The notes beneath the pieces were generated by a model. The model saw only the letters and a list, made by a program, of their open reading frames with translations. It was not told the DNA's origin and did not search any database. Shown here in pieces: positions 45,129 to 59,939 of a DNA stretch of 64,000 nt (position 1 is its first letter; each line of letters begins with the position of its first letter). The position numbers and the translations under genes were made by a program. This DNA comes from the human T2T-CHM13v2.0 reference genome, Homo sapiens: NCBI RefSeq assembly GCF_009914755.1, contig NC_060936.1. One strand, 5' to 3'.

Positions 45129-45507
45129 TGTATTAGTCTGTTCTCACACTGCTATAAAGAAATATCCATGACTGGGTAATTTATTTTAAAAAAAAAGAGG
45201 TTTAATTGACTCACAGTTTCGCATTGCTGGGGAGGCCTCAGGAAACTTACAATCATGGCAGAAGGCAAAGGGGAAGCAGGTGCCTCCTTCACAGGGTAGC
45301 AGGATGGAGTAAGTGCCAGCAGAGGAAATGCCAGAAGCTTATAAAACCATGAAGTCTCATGAGACTCACTCACTATCAGAGAACAGCATGAGGGAAACCA
45401 CCCCCATGACCCAATTACCTCCACCTGGTCCTGCCCTTGACATGTGGGAATTATGGGGATTAGAATTCAAGGTGAGATTTGGGTGGAGACACAGCCAAAC
45501 CATATCA
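45129..45507 (-). mobile_element. THE1D/MSTA-like solo LTR
   Basis: TGTATTAGTCTGTTCTCACACTGCTATAAAG...CAAACCATATCA; perfect 5-bp TSD ATATC. Confidence 0.9.
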
Positions 45508-45924
45508 ATATCCAAAGCAGTGTTGGGTGAGAGTGTTTCACACATTTGTCTCCCCAAGCACTACTTGTTTTGTGTACAGATTAAAACAAATGAGAGGATG
45601 CTGTGTCATATGAGAGATTTCATGAGGATTTGAATGTAAGAAAACTTTAATTTTTGTTCCCTTAGGGACCTTTTAGGGGAAATCTTTTGCCTTCTATTCA
45701 ACAATATCCAACAGTCTCTTGTCCAACATTTTACCTTGGGAAAGTTCTGTGATGCATTGCTGATTCAAATGTAGACGTTTCATACATTTTTCTCCCTTCT
45801 GAATAACTCTACCTCTGCCTGCCACTCTTTTGTGTGTGAAACGTGTGTCAATGGAAAGGACTTGAGGTCAGGATTTAGGAGGTCTGTCTTCCTGTCTGAG
45901 CTTCAAAAGCAATTCCCAACAAAG

Positions 45925-46800
45925 AAAACCTACATGTGCCAGGTTCTGTACTGATTTCTGTGAATAGGTGGTCCAGGCCTTCAAGGAGCTTACAGCCAGG
46001 CAAGGGAGAAAGGCAATGAGTTGATAGTAACATTAAAAAAGAACTAGAGTGATGTGTAATAACAGAGGTCAGACATGCCTCATGTGGAAATCTCTGAGCA
46101 AAAAACATTTGGACTGAGATGAAAAGAATGAGTAGTTTAACAGTGTGAAAACTGTGGATGAGAGGAAAAGAAGATATTGTTCTAGGCAGAAGGAAATAAG
46201 AGCTAAAGGCTCTGAGGTGGGGAAATCATAGTACATTCATTGTTGGTGGTCAGTGGAGCACCATGAGGTTGGAGCATTGAACAACAGAAAGAGTGGTGTG
46301 AGATGAACCTGCAGAGGTAAATGGTGTAAACAATGAAAAAGGACAGTTCTTTCTTGATATGAATAACTATAGGAAACCATTGATGTATCTAAACGAGGGC
46401 AAAACAATATATTTTCATTTATAAAAGTGCTCTCTGGCTACAGTGTAGAATTGGGAGGGGAGGTGGTTAGAAGTAATTGGAATTGTCCAGCTGAGAGATG
46501 ATGGAGGCTTGGATTAAGAAAGATACCAGTGGAGAGAAAAACTGGCATACTCAAGAGAGATTGAAGAGTAAAATCAAGAGAACTAGTGATAGATTGGATA
46601 TGGAAGATGAGGAAGAAGGAGAGATTGAGAAAGAAAGACTGGTTTCTGGCTTATACAATTGCTGGTTATTATATGTGAAAATGATGGATGGGTCATGAAC
46701 TTGAAGTTGGACATGCTGAGTTTGAGATACCTCTGATCTACTCATGTGAAGATGTCAAAGAACCCAATGGACATGAAGACTTAATCTGCAAGTATAAATT
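45925..46800 (-). mobile_element. L2 LINE remnant
   Basis: CCTAC.TGTGCCAGG, GGAGCTTACAG.C.AG, GGACTGAGATGAAA.GAATGAG, CTCTGGCTACAGTGTAGAAT, TTGGACATGCTGAGTTTGAGAT motifs. Boundaries approximate. Confidence 0.6.
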
Positions 46801-47111
46801 GGGGTAAACAGAAGAGCAATGTCTGGGGGTTTATATCTTGCAAAATGAGCTGTATGGTGGCTCCACTCACTGAGGTGGGGAGTCCTTCAGGCAGCCCCAG
46901 CCTGATCTTGCACCCCTAAAAGTAGTGTGTATCTCTGAACCAGTCACCTTGATGGCCTTAGTTGCTTCATCTAGAAAATAAAATTGTAGGTACCTTGAAG
47001 TTTTGTGATTCTGTGTTGGATTGATTGTTAATTTTATGTCTTCTGCACATGAAGAAATAGTTGCCCCACCTTCTCTTCCATACCTAGACACACAAATGAC
47101 AGTTTCCTGAA

Positions 47112-47401
47112 ATTTTTTTTTTTAGACAGAATCTCACCCTGTTGCCTAGGCTGGAGTGCAGTGGTATGATCATAGCTCACTGCAACCTCTGCCTCCTGGG
47201 TTCAAGCAATTCTCCTGGCCTTAACCTCCCAAGTAGCTGGAACGGCATCCACCAGGACATCCGGCTAGTTTTTGTATTTTTAGTGGAGATGGGGTTTCAC
47301 CATGTTGGCCTGGCTGGTTTCAAACTCCTGACCTCAAGTGATCCACCCGCCTCGGCTTCCCAAAGTGCTGGGATTACAGGCGTGAGCCACTGTACCTGGC
47401 C
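47112..47401 (-). mobile_element. Alu (AluS-like)
   Basis: Reverse-complement Alu dimer ending ...GGATTACAGGCGTGAGCCACTGTACCTGGCC. Confidence 0.92.
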
Positions 47402-48081
47402 GAAATATTTTATTTGGTCATGAAGATGATGTGGTTTTGAAAAGAAGGGCTTACACTGGGTAAACCTTAAACTGCTAACCTTTGTATCTTGAAGAGATTT
47501 TCTAAGAGCTGAATCAAAAGATCATAATGAACATGGTAGACTCTCATTGCTATTTTGCAAAGTTTTGTTCCAAGGGCATAAATATAATTATACCCATGTT
47601 TCAGTGCAGCTCTGAGCACTTGCCTACCTGTTCTTTAATCTGAGAACATGAGTGCTGTGATTATAACATATAAATTTTGGGAGACACAATTCAGTCCATA
47701 GCACTTATGGTCTCAGGTACCCCAACAGATGTTGAGAAACCAAAGGTGGGAATGACTTTCAGAGAGAAGGTTGTGAGTCTGATGCTCTTGAGGCCCAGAT
47801 CTTAGTGGGAGGCAAACCTGGCCCTTAGGGACCCTGGCGCTGGGGAAGCAACATCCACAGTGGGTGGAAATGGGCTGGGCTTGGGGTTCAGATGGGGCTG
47901 ACTCTGCTGCTTATTAATAGAAAGGGAAATTCAGAGGGTTATGAAGATCACAGACTCAGAGCCAGAAGCTGGTCATTAATAAAAGTTTCATGAGAGAAAA
48001 TTACATAAGTTCTTTGAGTCTCAATTATTTCACCCAAAATGTGAATAATAATAGTACTTGCCTCACAGGATTGTTGTAAAG

Positions 48082-48606
48082 CAGGGGTCCTGAACTCTCC
48101 TGCCACAGGTCCATGGCCTGTTAGGAACCAGGCCACACAGCAGGAGGTGAACAGCAAGTGAGGGGGTGAAGCTTCATCTGTAGTTACAGCTGCTCCCCAT
48201 TGCTCACATTACCACCTGAGCTCTGCATCCCATCAGATCAGCTGTGGCATTAGATTCTCAAAGAAGTGTGAACCCTATAGTGAACTGTGCATGTGAGGGA
48301 TCTAGGATGCATGCTCCTTATGAGAATCTAATGCCTGATGATATTTCACTGTCTCCCATCACCCCCATATGGGCCATCTAGTTGTAGGAAAACAAACTCA
48401 GAGCTCTTCCTGATTCTTCATTATAGTAAGTTGTATAATTATTTCATTATATATTACAATGTAGTAATCATAGAAATAAAGTGCACAATAAATGTAATGC
48501 TCTTGCATCATCCTGAAACTATTGCCCCCCACCCCTTAACCCCATCCATGGAAAAATTATCTTCCAAGAAACTGGTCCCTGGTGCCAACAATATTGGAGA
48601 CCACTG
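48082..48606. mobile_element. MER1A-like hAT-Charlie DNA transposon inserted in a MIR
   Basis: CAGGGGTCC...GGCCTGTTAGGAACCAGGCCACACAGCAGGAGGTGA...CTCCTTATGAGAATCTAATGCCTGATGAT...AAACTGGTCCCTGGTGCCAA...GGAGACCACTG; ~525 bp. Confidence 0.85.
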
Positions 48607-51600
48607 CCACCAAGGCTCAATGAAATGACGCATGAAAATCATTGAGGTGCTTAACGGTCATTATTCACTCTCTACTTTCCTATTTTTCATAACCCATGAT
48701 ATTCTTTCTTAGATACCCTACCTGTAAATATCAACCAGTATTTATATAGTATAAGATTAAAAGTGTGGGCTTCGAATTCAGACTGGATTCACCACTTACA
48801 GATGTGTGACCTTGGACAAGTAACTTAAACTCTCTGTTCCTCACTTTCCTGATCTCCAAATTGGGGATGATAATTTCCCATAGTGTTGTTCTGAAGATTT
48901 AATTTTATAATGTGTACAACACACTCAGAACAACGCCTGGCACATGGTAGACATGTGATAGACGTTAGGTTTACTGCGTGAGTTGAAGTAGTGTACTTTA
49001 TTGTACTGGTTAAAATCATGTTGTAATAAATAGAACCCAGGGCACATAATAGCCCAAACACAATATAAATTAATTTTTTCTCTCACACAATAGCTCATGG
49101 CTGGTGGGCAAGTCTTTTCTATGACTCTGAGAACCAGCTGAGCCATCTCCCTGGAATCTCAGCACTGCCTGCAACTGGCTGAAGAAAAAGAGAGGAGAGC
49201 ATGGAGGGAGGGGAGAGGCAAAGCACTTTTTAAAAGCCTTGGCCTGAAAGTAGCATGTACCATTTTCTCTCTGGTGTAACTGCAAGAGTTGTTCTCATGC
49301 CCAAGCCTAAATGAAGAGGGCTGGGTAAGACAAGCCCCATTGGGCAGCAGCTTCCCAGCCACTGCTTGGCACTGTGGAGGAGGGAAGGGCTGGCTTCCTG
49401 TGGAAAGCTGGCTGCCTCCTCTCCCATTCCCTTGTTAGCACCTGTCATTCTAAGATGTGGTGGTCCATGTTTGAAAAATGGGCCCCCTTCTGTTGGGCCA
49501 TTAGGATCTGACCGGTTCTCCAAGACCTCTTTGATGTTCTGTCGGCTGCTGGAAAGTACATGGTAACCCAACCTTCTGGTTATTGGTTAGGACGCCCAAT
49601 ATTCCCCAAAACAGCCTCAAGTACTTGGCTTCCTCACCCTTTAATCTGTGTGTAGACCAGTGCAGTGTCTTTAAGCAGTAATTATTTCCCCCACATAGAT
49701 ATGACAAACCCAGAGCCAATCTGCACAGCCAAAAGAAAGTGCAGCTATTTACCTTGTAACAAGGTGTTTCAGAATCAGGGGGAATAAAAAAATCCTTCAT
49801 TTCCAGCAAAAAGACAAGGTAAAACATAGATTATAGGCTGATATGTTTTCCTAGCACTGGAATTATACAGCAACTTTGCCTCTGGAGAGGTACATTAATA
49901 ACACATCTCAGAAAATATGTTACTTAAACTGAAGAGATATTTTCTTCTTGAAGGGAAACATTTAATGATGGTATTAAGTTAACACAATCCATCGGCAGTC
50001 GCAAGAGCATCATCGTAATTTGGTTGGATTCTAGCAAGTTCAGGAAAGTAAATTATCTCTGCTCCCTGACACTGCAGTGTTTAAGAATGTGATCTGTGGC
50101 CTGAAGGAGGAATGGAAAAAGAAAATATGTCCTTGATTTTTTAAGGCTGAATTTAAATCGTTTGACTCAAAATAAAAACATAGATTGAGAAATCTAATTA
50201 TCCTATCCATCCCCACTCCATGCCCTCGAATCTGAAAAATAAGCCATTGCTATTAATTTATATAGACCCCCTTTGTTTTACAGTTCAAGTAAAAGCAAAT
50301 AGGAATCTATGTATTCTTATATCCTTAGGCCCTATTTCTTATACAAAATATAGCATCCTGTACACTGCTCTATACATTGCTTGTTTCACTTAACAATGTA
50401 TCCTAGAGATCTTCCCATAGCTACATGGATAGTGACCTCACTTTCTCTAAGCTCGTGGTACTTCAGTGTAGGGTATATCAGAGTTGGCTTTCAGGTTTTT
50501 TTTAATACCTTTGTTTGAATAAAATCTATTTGCTGTATTCACTCCTCCAAGTGGAATGTGGCCTGATATTTGTCCAATCATTCACCGTTTTCAAAGTCCC
50601 TCTAACTTGGCGCTTACAACAGCTTTGTAAAGATAATGCTAATACCTATTTTTACAGTTGTAGCTGAGGCCACACACTCACCAAATGACACCAACACAAC
50701 CACATTATTCCCCCCAGAGCCATCGCTGTGTCCTCCGCTCCTGGGGTCAGTGCGGGAGGGCTTCCTACAGCTAGCACTCCTCTCTGGGGTCAACGTCCTT
50801 CCCTCACCCCTACTGGTGAAATATGATTTGAGATCTCCAACTTCCGTGCAATTGATTTTGGTCTTTTGAGACTAGAGTTTGCAGAGTGAGTATGAAGCCA
50901 TGCTGTTAAAAAGAATTATCAACTTAATAATAGTGAATTTGAAAAATAGTTGCAAGCCCTCTAAGCAATGGGAGATTGGAAGAAGGAAGAAAGCCAAAAT
51001 GGCTCAACTTTTAGTTAAATATATCTGAAATTGTATATACCTATGAAAATACTTGTCTCCCCATACAAATCTGTCACCCAATACGATCTGGGGCTGAGTC
51101 AAATTTACTCCCACACCCACTAACTCTCCATGCAAAACTTAAGACAAATCCTAATACACAATAGGTGTCTGAGTGGATTAATAAAATCCACATGGCTGGG
51201 CTCAGCATGAGGAGGGGGAAGAGCCTGGCCCCTGGCCTTGGCTTGACAACATTCCCAAGAAGCTCAGATTTCCAGTGGAAGCACGGCACATGCATGTTCT
51301 TTCTGGGTTGGTCCATGGCAGTTCAGTGAGGGACAACTGATTTGTTTTTGTTTTTGCACATCTGTGTCACTCTGCGTGGTCAGCTAATGCCCAGTACTTG
51401 CAAAAGAAAGTGGCTGTCCTGTGTTAGAACATGATAATAGATAATGCCTCATGGTAGATCTTTAAGCAGGGAGAGTGGCCACTGAGTCCACGAATGAAAC
51501 AGAAAGAGGGAAGCCAGACGTCCACTGAAGATTCTAATTCAAAGTTAAAGGGGACACTAGAAATGTTTCTCTTTCCAGCGTGCTGCCATGCAAAGACGTT

Positions 51601-51879
51601 CACAGCAATGAGTTAGTTAAATTATAAATTAAATTTATTTTTGAGAACCTATTAGATATCAGACACTGTTTTTCCTGGATTTACAGACATGAATAAAAGG
51701 GACGCAGTTCTCTGTCACTGGTGGAGTTGTCGGTTTCCAAAAACACAAAAATGAGTAAGACATTCTTCCTTTCTTAAACCAATTAATATCACATTTCTAA
51801 ATATCAATGAATTTACTTTTGGAGGGTATCACTGTTACTGATATCATCTATGTTGTTACAGACTTAGTATGTTCTATTT

Positions 51880-52164
51880 TTCTTACTTTATTTTATTTTA
51901 TATTTTATTTAATTTTTTGAGACAGAGTCTCGCTGTTGCCCAGTCTGGAGTGGAGTGGCGCGACCTCGGCTCACTGCAACCTCTATCTCCAGGATGCAAG
52001 GGATTCTCGTGTCTCAGCCTCCCAAGTAGCTGGGACTATAGGCGAGTGCCACCATGCCCAGCTAATTTTGGCCAGGCTGGTCTCAAATTCCTGGCCTCAA
52101 GTGATCCATCTTCCTCGGCCTCCCAAAGTGCTGGGATTACAGGCATGAGCCACCATGCCCAGCC
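51880..52164 (-). mobile_element. Alu with ~30-bp internal deletion across the linker / left-arm end
   Basis: (TATTT)n tail; GCTAATTTTG joined directly to GCCAGGCTGGTCTC. Confidence 0.88.
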
Positions 52165-54810
52165 CCATCTTTCTAATTTTAATCAATTTATTTAAATAAA
52201 ATTTTTCATCACTACCATAAATAGACAAGTGCTCTTATTTGTTAATAAATTAAATATAAAAACTAAAGCAAAGAAACAAACTCACGTTATTAAATTTTCT
52301 CTGCACGCTGTATGTACTGATACAGTGTACAGATGCAGTGTGGGCTTTGGGCTTCTGAATCTGCTAAATAAGGGGGTTAGCAAGGGTCAGCGAGGCATTA
52401 AAGAATCCTAGAACACAAGAGAGGTTTTTGCCTCATCATCATGATCAGATGGACTGAAATAAAATAGAAAGGGAGTAACTTAATACTCCATGAGTCAACG
52501 CTACTCAGTTCTGGTCCATGTGTCACCTGATATCACCCCCAGGAATGTGGCCCTGGGGATGCTCACTGTGCTTAGGCGAGTTCGCATGTGAAAGTTTAGT
52601 GGTCTTGAGGTTTTTCAGGAGCCTTGTGGCCTGAGAGTCAGATGAAATTAGACCCAAAACTGCTATTAATGTGCCAGGTGGTTCATGTCATTTACTGCTT
52701 TGAGTATGCATTTCCTTATGCATAAATAAGATGATATTAACTTCCAGTATATCATATAATTAACACAAACAAGAAAAAAATGTTATTGGAGTGTGGTGAC
52801 AGTAACAAAGGAAGGAAGCTGGCCTGGGCCTGGATTCCACCTCTGCAGATCATTAGCAATGCGTCTTTGAGAAGTTACTCAACTTCTCTGTGTCTTGAAT
52901 GCCTCTTCTGCACAAGCAGGATGACAATGATACCACTTTATTAGGTCTTTGGCAAATATTATGTGAGTTAACTACATGCAGCTGACACATAGCAGATGGT
53001 GAATTAATGTTAGTTCTCATTATTATATAAAGCATAGAATGGCATTTGGCACGAAGTAGGAATTTGTGCAATATGAAGCTGCTACCAACCCTTTCTCTCA
53101 TACATGACTCTGTATCCACTGATGGTTATCGGATTATTCAGCCAGGAAGAAGGAGGGATGGCTCTCCAAAGACTGAAGGGGATAGATGGGGGAGGACAGG
53201 GTATGAACAGGTTGAAGTTATTTTATGGTTTCCTGTTGCATCAACTCTACTAGTTGGAATTTTTAGATGACAGGAGGAGATGGGCTTTGTGATCCTAAAG
53301 AGCATAAATGTCAGAGGAGACTATTTCTGTAGAGCTAAAAAATAATGGCTCAATGGAATCAGACTGAAACAGCACTGAGCAATGATGAATGATTCTGGGG
53401 GATCTAAAATAGTAGACAAAGGGGCACTGTCCAGTCTTGCCTTGCAAGACCCTAGAAGGAGTGAACCTTCGAGAGGGATGTTAGGGCCACTTAAAATGCT
53501 CCACCTAGAAGTCAAAGAGATCATTGAAAGTGATGGATTTGGAAGGAATAAATCCAGAGGAGGCTCCAGAGAGGATGCAAACTGCCAACTGAATGTGTTT
53601 TTCAGGATTGAAGCAACTGTGGAAATAAAGGAGCCAACTGGAATGAAATTAAACAAATACTACCCTAAGTAGAGTCACCCATTCCAGGATTGCTTTCCTT
53701 GCTCTTCACTTTCTCTTGCTCACGCCTTCTTAGAACACAAAAATGGGACCCATGGCCTCAGATAAAGAACAATTTTTCCTACTTTTAATTTTGTGTATAA
53801 GGGATTCCCCCTCAGCCCGCCTTCCAACCATAGACAACAACAGAGACCTTCTTCCATAGTTCTTTGCAATTCATAGAAAGACCACTGGGACTTATTTTAT
53901 CCTGATTACATAGATGTGAGATTGGCAAAGGCAGGTCAATGTTTTCTTTTACAAGATATAAGAACAAAATAGTTTCAGACAGACTCCAGTCACATGGGTA
54001 GTTAGTGTTGGAAACAAAAATCCAAGCAGGTCTTCTGTCTTAGGATGTCATATCCCATTAACAGACCAGGATTTCTGAATTGCAGCCACCTGAAAATACT
54101 TTTTCATTTCAATGGAAATTACATGACCTTGTTCTCTAGAGAGTCTAATTTAGTTGGTCTGAAGCAGAGCCCTAGAAATTATAGTTTTTTTAGAAAACTC
54201 CCTGGGTAATAATAAGATTTGGAAATCACTGAATTGTCCATAATCTGTCCCGTAGCTGAGTTTCAGATGAAGAAAACATTTTTTTCCATTCAATCTCAGA
54301 ATGACATATAATAACATTCTCTTTCACAGCATTTAGAAAATAAATGGGTATTTTTATGTGATTTTTTTTTTTTTACTGTGCTGTTGCTCTTGTTGTTGTT
54401 ATTCTTGTGCTCTGGGTCACAGAGTATTTTTATTTTCATTTCTGTTTCATAACATTCACCCACTCATTCATTCAACAATCAACATTTTCAGCCTTTTCTA
54501 AGAGCGAAGCACTATGGCACACCTGGTAGGGATAAACCCATGAATAACTTGTGGTCCCTCCACTCAGATAAGTGCAACCTGTCTATAACTTCTCTAAGAA
54601 AAAAAGGCATTAATAATGTTCTTACAAAAGTTATAAAATGGTGATTTATTTTCCAATATGCTTTTAACCTTGGGAGTGAACTTGTTGAAGTCTCTGCCCA
54701 TCCTTGCATTTGAAGCAGACTGTAAAGCTTTTATCTAAAGAAATTAGGCTTAACAGTCTGGAAAACTATGAGGTGGGGAAGATTGGGGATCCACAGGGAG
54801 ACAGACCTAG

Positions 54811-55540
54811 TATATTATTCTGTTCTCACGCTGCTAATAAAGACATACCCAAAACTAGCTAATTTATAAAGAAAAGAGGTTTAATTGACTCACAGTTCCA
54901 CATGGCTGTGGAGGCTTCACAATCACAGCAGAAGATGAAGGAAGAGCAAAGGAATGCCTTACATGGCAGCAGGCAAAGAGAGAATGAGAGCCAAGTGAAA
55001 GGGATTTCCGTTATAAAACCATCAGATCTTATGAGACTTATTCACTACCATGAGAACAGAATGTGGGAAACTGCCACCATGATTTAATTAACTCCTACTG
55101 GGTCCCTCCCACACATGTGTGTATTAGTCTGTTTTCACACTGCTGATAAAGACTTACCTGAGACTGGGCAATTTGCAAAAGAAGGAGGTTTAACTGGACT
55201 TACAGTTCTGTGTGGCTGAGGAAGCCTCACAATCAAGGCAGAGAGCAAGGAGGAGTAAATCACATCTTATGTGGATGGCAGAAGGCAAAGAGAGGAGCTT
55301 GTGCAGGGAAACTCCCCTTTGTAATACCATCAGATCTCATGAGACTTATTCACTATCAGGAGAATGGCATGGGAAAGACCCACCCTCATGATTCAATTAC
55401 CTCCCACCAGGTCTCTCTCACAACACTTGGGAATTCAAGATGAGATTTGGGTAGGGACACTGCCAAATCATATCAGTGTGGGAATTATGAGAGCTACAAT
55501 TCAAGATGAGATTTGGGGGGGACACAGCCAAACCATATCA
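54811..55540 (-). mobile_element. THE1C/D-like solo LTR interrupted by a second THE1 LTR
   Basis: Outer LTR 54811-55119 plus 55476-55540; TSD CCTAG/CCCAG. Confidence 0.85.
55120..55475 (-). mobile_element. THE1A/B-like solo LTR nested in a THE1 LTR
   Basis: TGTATTAGTCTGTTTTCAC...CAAATCATATCA; TSD ATGTG/GTGTG. Confidence 0.85.
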
Positions 55541-55668
55541 CCCAGCCTCAGAGGGGACACCCATGCAGAGCCACTGCATCACCTGTTGATGGAGCAAAAG
55601 ATGATCTATCTGGAATATTTTTAAAGGAGCTACCTAAAAAGAAAGATGCAGCAAAGAGTCATAAACAA

Positions 55669-55839
55669 GTTATTTATTTATTTCTTTTTAGAGACGGAGT
55701 CTTGCTTTGTCACCCAGGCTGGACTGCAGTGGCACAATCACGACTCACTGCAGCCTTAGATTCCTAGGCTCAAACCATGCTTCCGCCTCAGCTTCCCAAG
55801 TATATAGGACTACAGGGGTGTCCCACTATGCCCAGCTAA
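55669..55839 (-). mobile_element. AluJ right-arm fragment
   Basis: (TATT)n then GAGACGGAGTCTTGCTTTGTCACCCAGGCTGG...CCCAGCTAA. Confidence 0.8.
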
Positions 55840-56391
55840 AGAAAATTTTGAAAAGCAACACATGTGATGAGAAAAGTGGCCAGTGTAGGAAATGCACATA
55901 CACACCAAAACACGTGATTGTGTGAATCTGTGTTGTTGGTGTTGGGGAAGAGGATGGAGTGGGCTGGAGACAACAGGAGGTGGCATACAGGACACTGACC
56001 AATGGCAGGTGTGAGCTTCCCTCCATGCATCATCCTTGTGGAGTTGCAGGTGCTGTCAGGACTTGTCTACATGGGGCTCCTTGTGTGTTTTAAGGGAAAG
56101 GAGATGGATCCACCCTGCCTGAGGTGGGAGCTAGGAGGTCTCAGGATGGAAATGCCTCCCAGAAGACAGGGCATCCTAAGAAATGCTGTCCTTCTATGAG
56201 ATGGTTGGTAACTCCCAAGGAAGTTGGAGAAAGGAGACAGAGCAGGACTTATTTGGAAAATAAATCCTACATTGTTTTCATTTCTATGGATGTTAAGAGA
56301 GAACTTCTTTGTGGTCAATTTTGGTGCTTGTTTTGCCTTTTGAAGCAGCAGGAATAGAATTTTTTTTTTGTTTTAACTTAGAAGAGATGAA

Positions 56392-56843
56392 CATTTTAAC
56401 TCTTATGTTCAGGGGCACATATGCAGGTTTGTTACATAGGTAAACTTGTGTCATGGAGGTTTGTTGTTTAGATTATTTCCCTACCCAGGTATTAAGCTTA
56501 GTACTCATTAGTTGTTTTTTCTGATCCTCTCCCTCCGCCCACCCTCCACCCTCTGAAAGGCCCCAGTGTGTGTTGTTCCCCTATGTGTGTCCATGTGTTC
56601 TCATCATTTAGCTCCCACTTATAAATGAGAACATGTGGTGTTTGGTTCTCTGTTCCTGTGTTAGTTTGCTAAGGATAATGGCCTCCAGCTCGATCTATGT
56701 CCCCACAAAGGATATGATCTCATTCTTTGTTATGGCTGCATAGTATTCCATGGTGTATATGTATCACATTTTCTTTATCTAGTCTACTATTGATGGGTAT
56801 TTAGGTTGATCCCATGTCTTTGCTATTGTGGACAGTTGCAATG
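56392..56843 (-). mobile_element. 5'-truncated old L1PA (PA13-16-like) 3' end
   Basis: TTCAGGGG.ACAT.TGCAGGTTTGTTACATAGGTAAACTTGTGTCATGG...TCATCATTTAGCTCCCACTTATAA...GGCTGCATAGTATTCCATGG. Confidence 0.85.
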
Positions 56844-57308
56844 GATAGAATCTTGATGAGTGGACTCATAAATCCTTCTTAAAGCCTTGATCGCACTTTG
56901 AGTGACTGAATACTCACCGACCCCACACTCTCACTCTGTTTGCGTATTCAGGGCTCCAGTGGAGTTCTTAGGAAAAAGGGTTAGGCAGGGGCTTGGAATA
57001 AATTCCAAGATTAAATATGTCATCCCCTTCTCCTCTGTTATTAAGAAATGATGCTGCACATCTTCCTTGAGAAAATATTGGGTGGATTTGAGTGAGAAGT
57101 TACAGTCCCACTTTGCAGAAGGTGAATGTTGTGCTCCAGAGAAGTGAGATGACCTGGCTTTAGACAGGGTTACATTGTTACAGAGGGTGGGTCACAAAAT
57201 GTAAAGAAACGTCTTGAAATTCAAATTATGAAAAATAATTTGGCTACATCTCACCCATTCAATATGTTTTGGTTGCTTTGAAAAAAAACATAGACAAAAT
57301 GAAAAAGA

Positions 57309-57627
<319 letters not shown>

Positions 57628-58494
57628 TTAACAATAGATTCCACAAATTGGGAGCTCTGACCCCACAGAGAAGCAGACCAGGGGAGGAAGGTTGCAGGCC
57701 AAGTGCTGGAGGAGGAGGTGTGGGTGGGATGGAGGATGCAGGGTGGCTGCCCAGCATCTGATATTGTGCCCATGTGTTTCCTTTCCCATGAGAACTAAAC
57801 AAACTAACATAACATCACCCCATGCTGTGACCAGAGATTCCCTGCAGGGCATCCACTCAGAGAGGACTGGTGCTCAAAGCTGGGGGGGTCAGATAGGGAG
57901 GCACTTTTTAAAATCTGTGGTTCCTAACCTTGCCATAACACAATTTACAGCAACCACAATTCACTTTTATGACAGTGTTTTCACAACGAGTGTATCAGAG
58001 AGTCTATAAAGAGAGGTGCATTGTCAACATATTAGGAATAAAAGGAAAAAATATCCTCAAACATCATCAAAAGTGAGTGTTTTCCTTTCCTTAGTTTTGG
58101 AAATCATTATCTGCTCAAGAAATCAAGTGTCTTGGAGCAATGAATTTCCCAGCATGGGGCATAATGAGAGGAAGGATGGCTGCCTAGGGAAGCAATATTT
58201 GATTTTCTAGGCAGAAGAACCAGGACAAGGGGCAGAATATGCTCTCCTGTTGCGCAACTCCAGAGTGAATTAAGTGAAAAAGTGTTTATGTTGAATGGCA
58301 TCTTCTAACTCTTTATTTGGATGGCGTCTTCTGAGAAGATAGAGTTTGCTGCTAATGGCCACCCTGTTCATCCCCCAGCTTGGCAGCTGTTCAGATTATA
58401 AAAGGCAAAAGAGAAGAGTCACGCTCCCACATAGGTCTGCCCATTTCTGCTAGCAATGGGCTGTCTCACTCTGTGGGGAAGATCTGCTGCCCCT

Positions 58495-58851
<357 letters not shown>

Positions 58852-59939
58852 TTAGAAGAGCAGACCATGTGTGCGTCTTTCTATTCGTTCTATGTGTGTT
58901 AACCTATTAATCATCACAATCTTCTTCGGCAATAAATATTTTCTTAGCCAGCTTTACAGATGTGGATCTGGAGCATGATGTGTGAAATATTTTGCCCACT
59001 TTCTCATTCCTAAGCTATGAAGCTAGAATGGGAACTCAAGTAGCTTGGCATCGAATTGTTCTGTCTCTTGATAACAGACCTTACCAGGAAGAGCAGGTAT
59101 TATTCCTGGGCTCCTGGTCCCCCATGAAATTTTGTCTTTCTTCCTAGTTCTGATTCTAATGATTCTCTGCTCAGAGCTTTGCCTCTGGCTTTAGTTCTCC
59201 AAAAAGATAAAGAACATATCATTTCCTTTTACTTTAACCTTTTCTGAACTTGTCTATTATTCAAGATATTGACTGAGAAGCAACCAGAGTACATGCAACC
59301 CCTCTTGGAAGGAGATGGGATCTCACGTTGAGACTTAATTTGTCTTTAAACTATGTGTGGAAATGCTCAGTTTCCCCAAGAGGAATAACAAGTTTAGGTA
59401 AACCCTTCAAATTCGTTAATTCTCTGACTGCAGTTGAAGAAAATCCAGCCAAGACATGCAGAAGGTCGGAAGGAAGGAATGAATGAATAAATAAAGGAAG
59501 AAAGGAAGAAACACAGAGAGAGAGAGGAGAGAAAGAGATGCATTGTGTATCCTAACTACACTAGAAACAGACAGGGCTGAGTGTGAGAAGAACTTTGTTC
59601 TTGGGCTCAAACAGCATTTAGAATCTTTCTTCCTTTTCCTCCTCTCCTTCCTCTCCTCTTTCTGAATCAGTCTCTACACTGCAGTTGCAGACTGGCCTTT
59701 GCTAAGCCATAGGAAATACAACTTCTGACAACTATAGGCTCACATGGGAAAGGTTTCACCTTTCAGAAAGGACAGAAGAGTCTTTGCCGTCAGGCTCAGA
59801 AAGAAAAACCACAAAGAAGGACTCTGAATGGCTCAGCTTGGGTCATGTGCCCATCCTCGGACCAATCACTGTGGTTTGGAGGATGGGCGTCTGTAATGGC
59901 CCTGCCTTGTGTCCATTCGTGATCAGGGTCCTGGATCAG

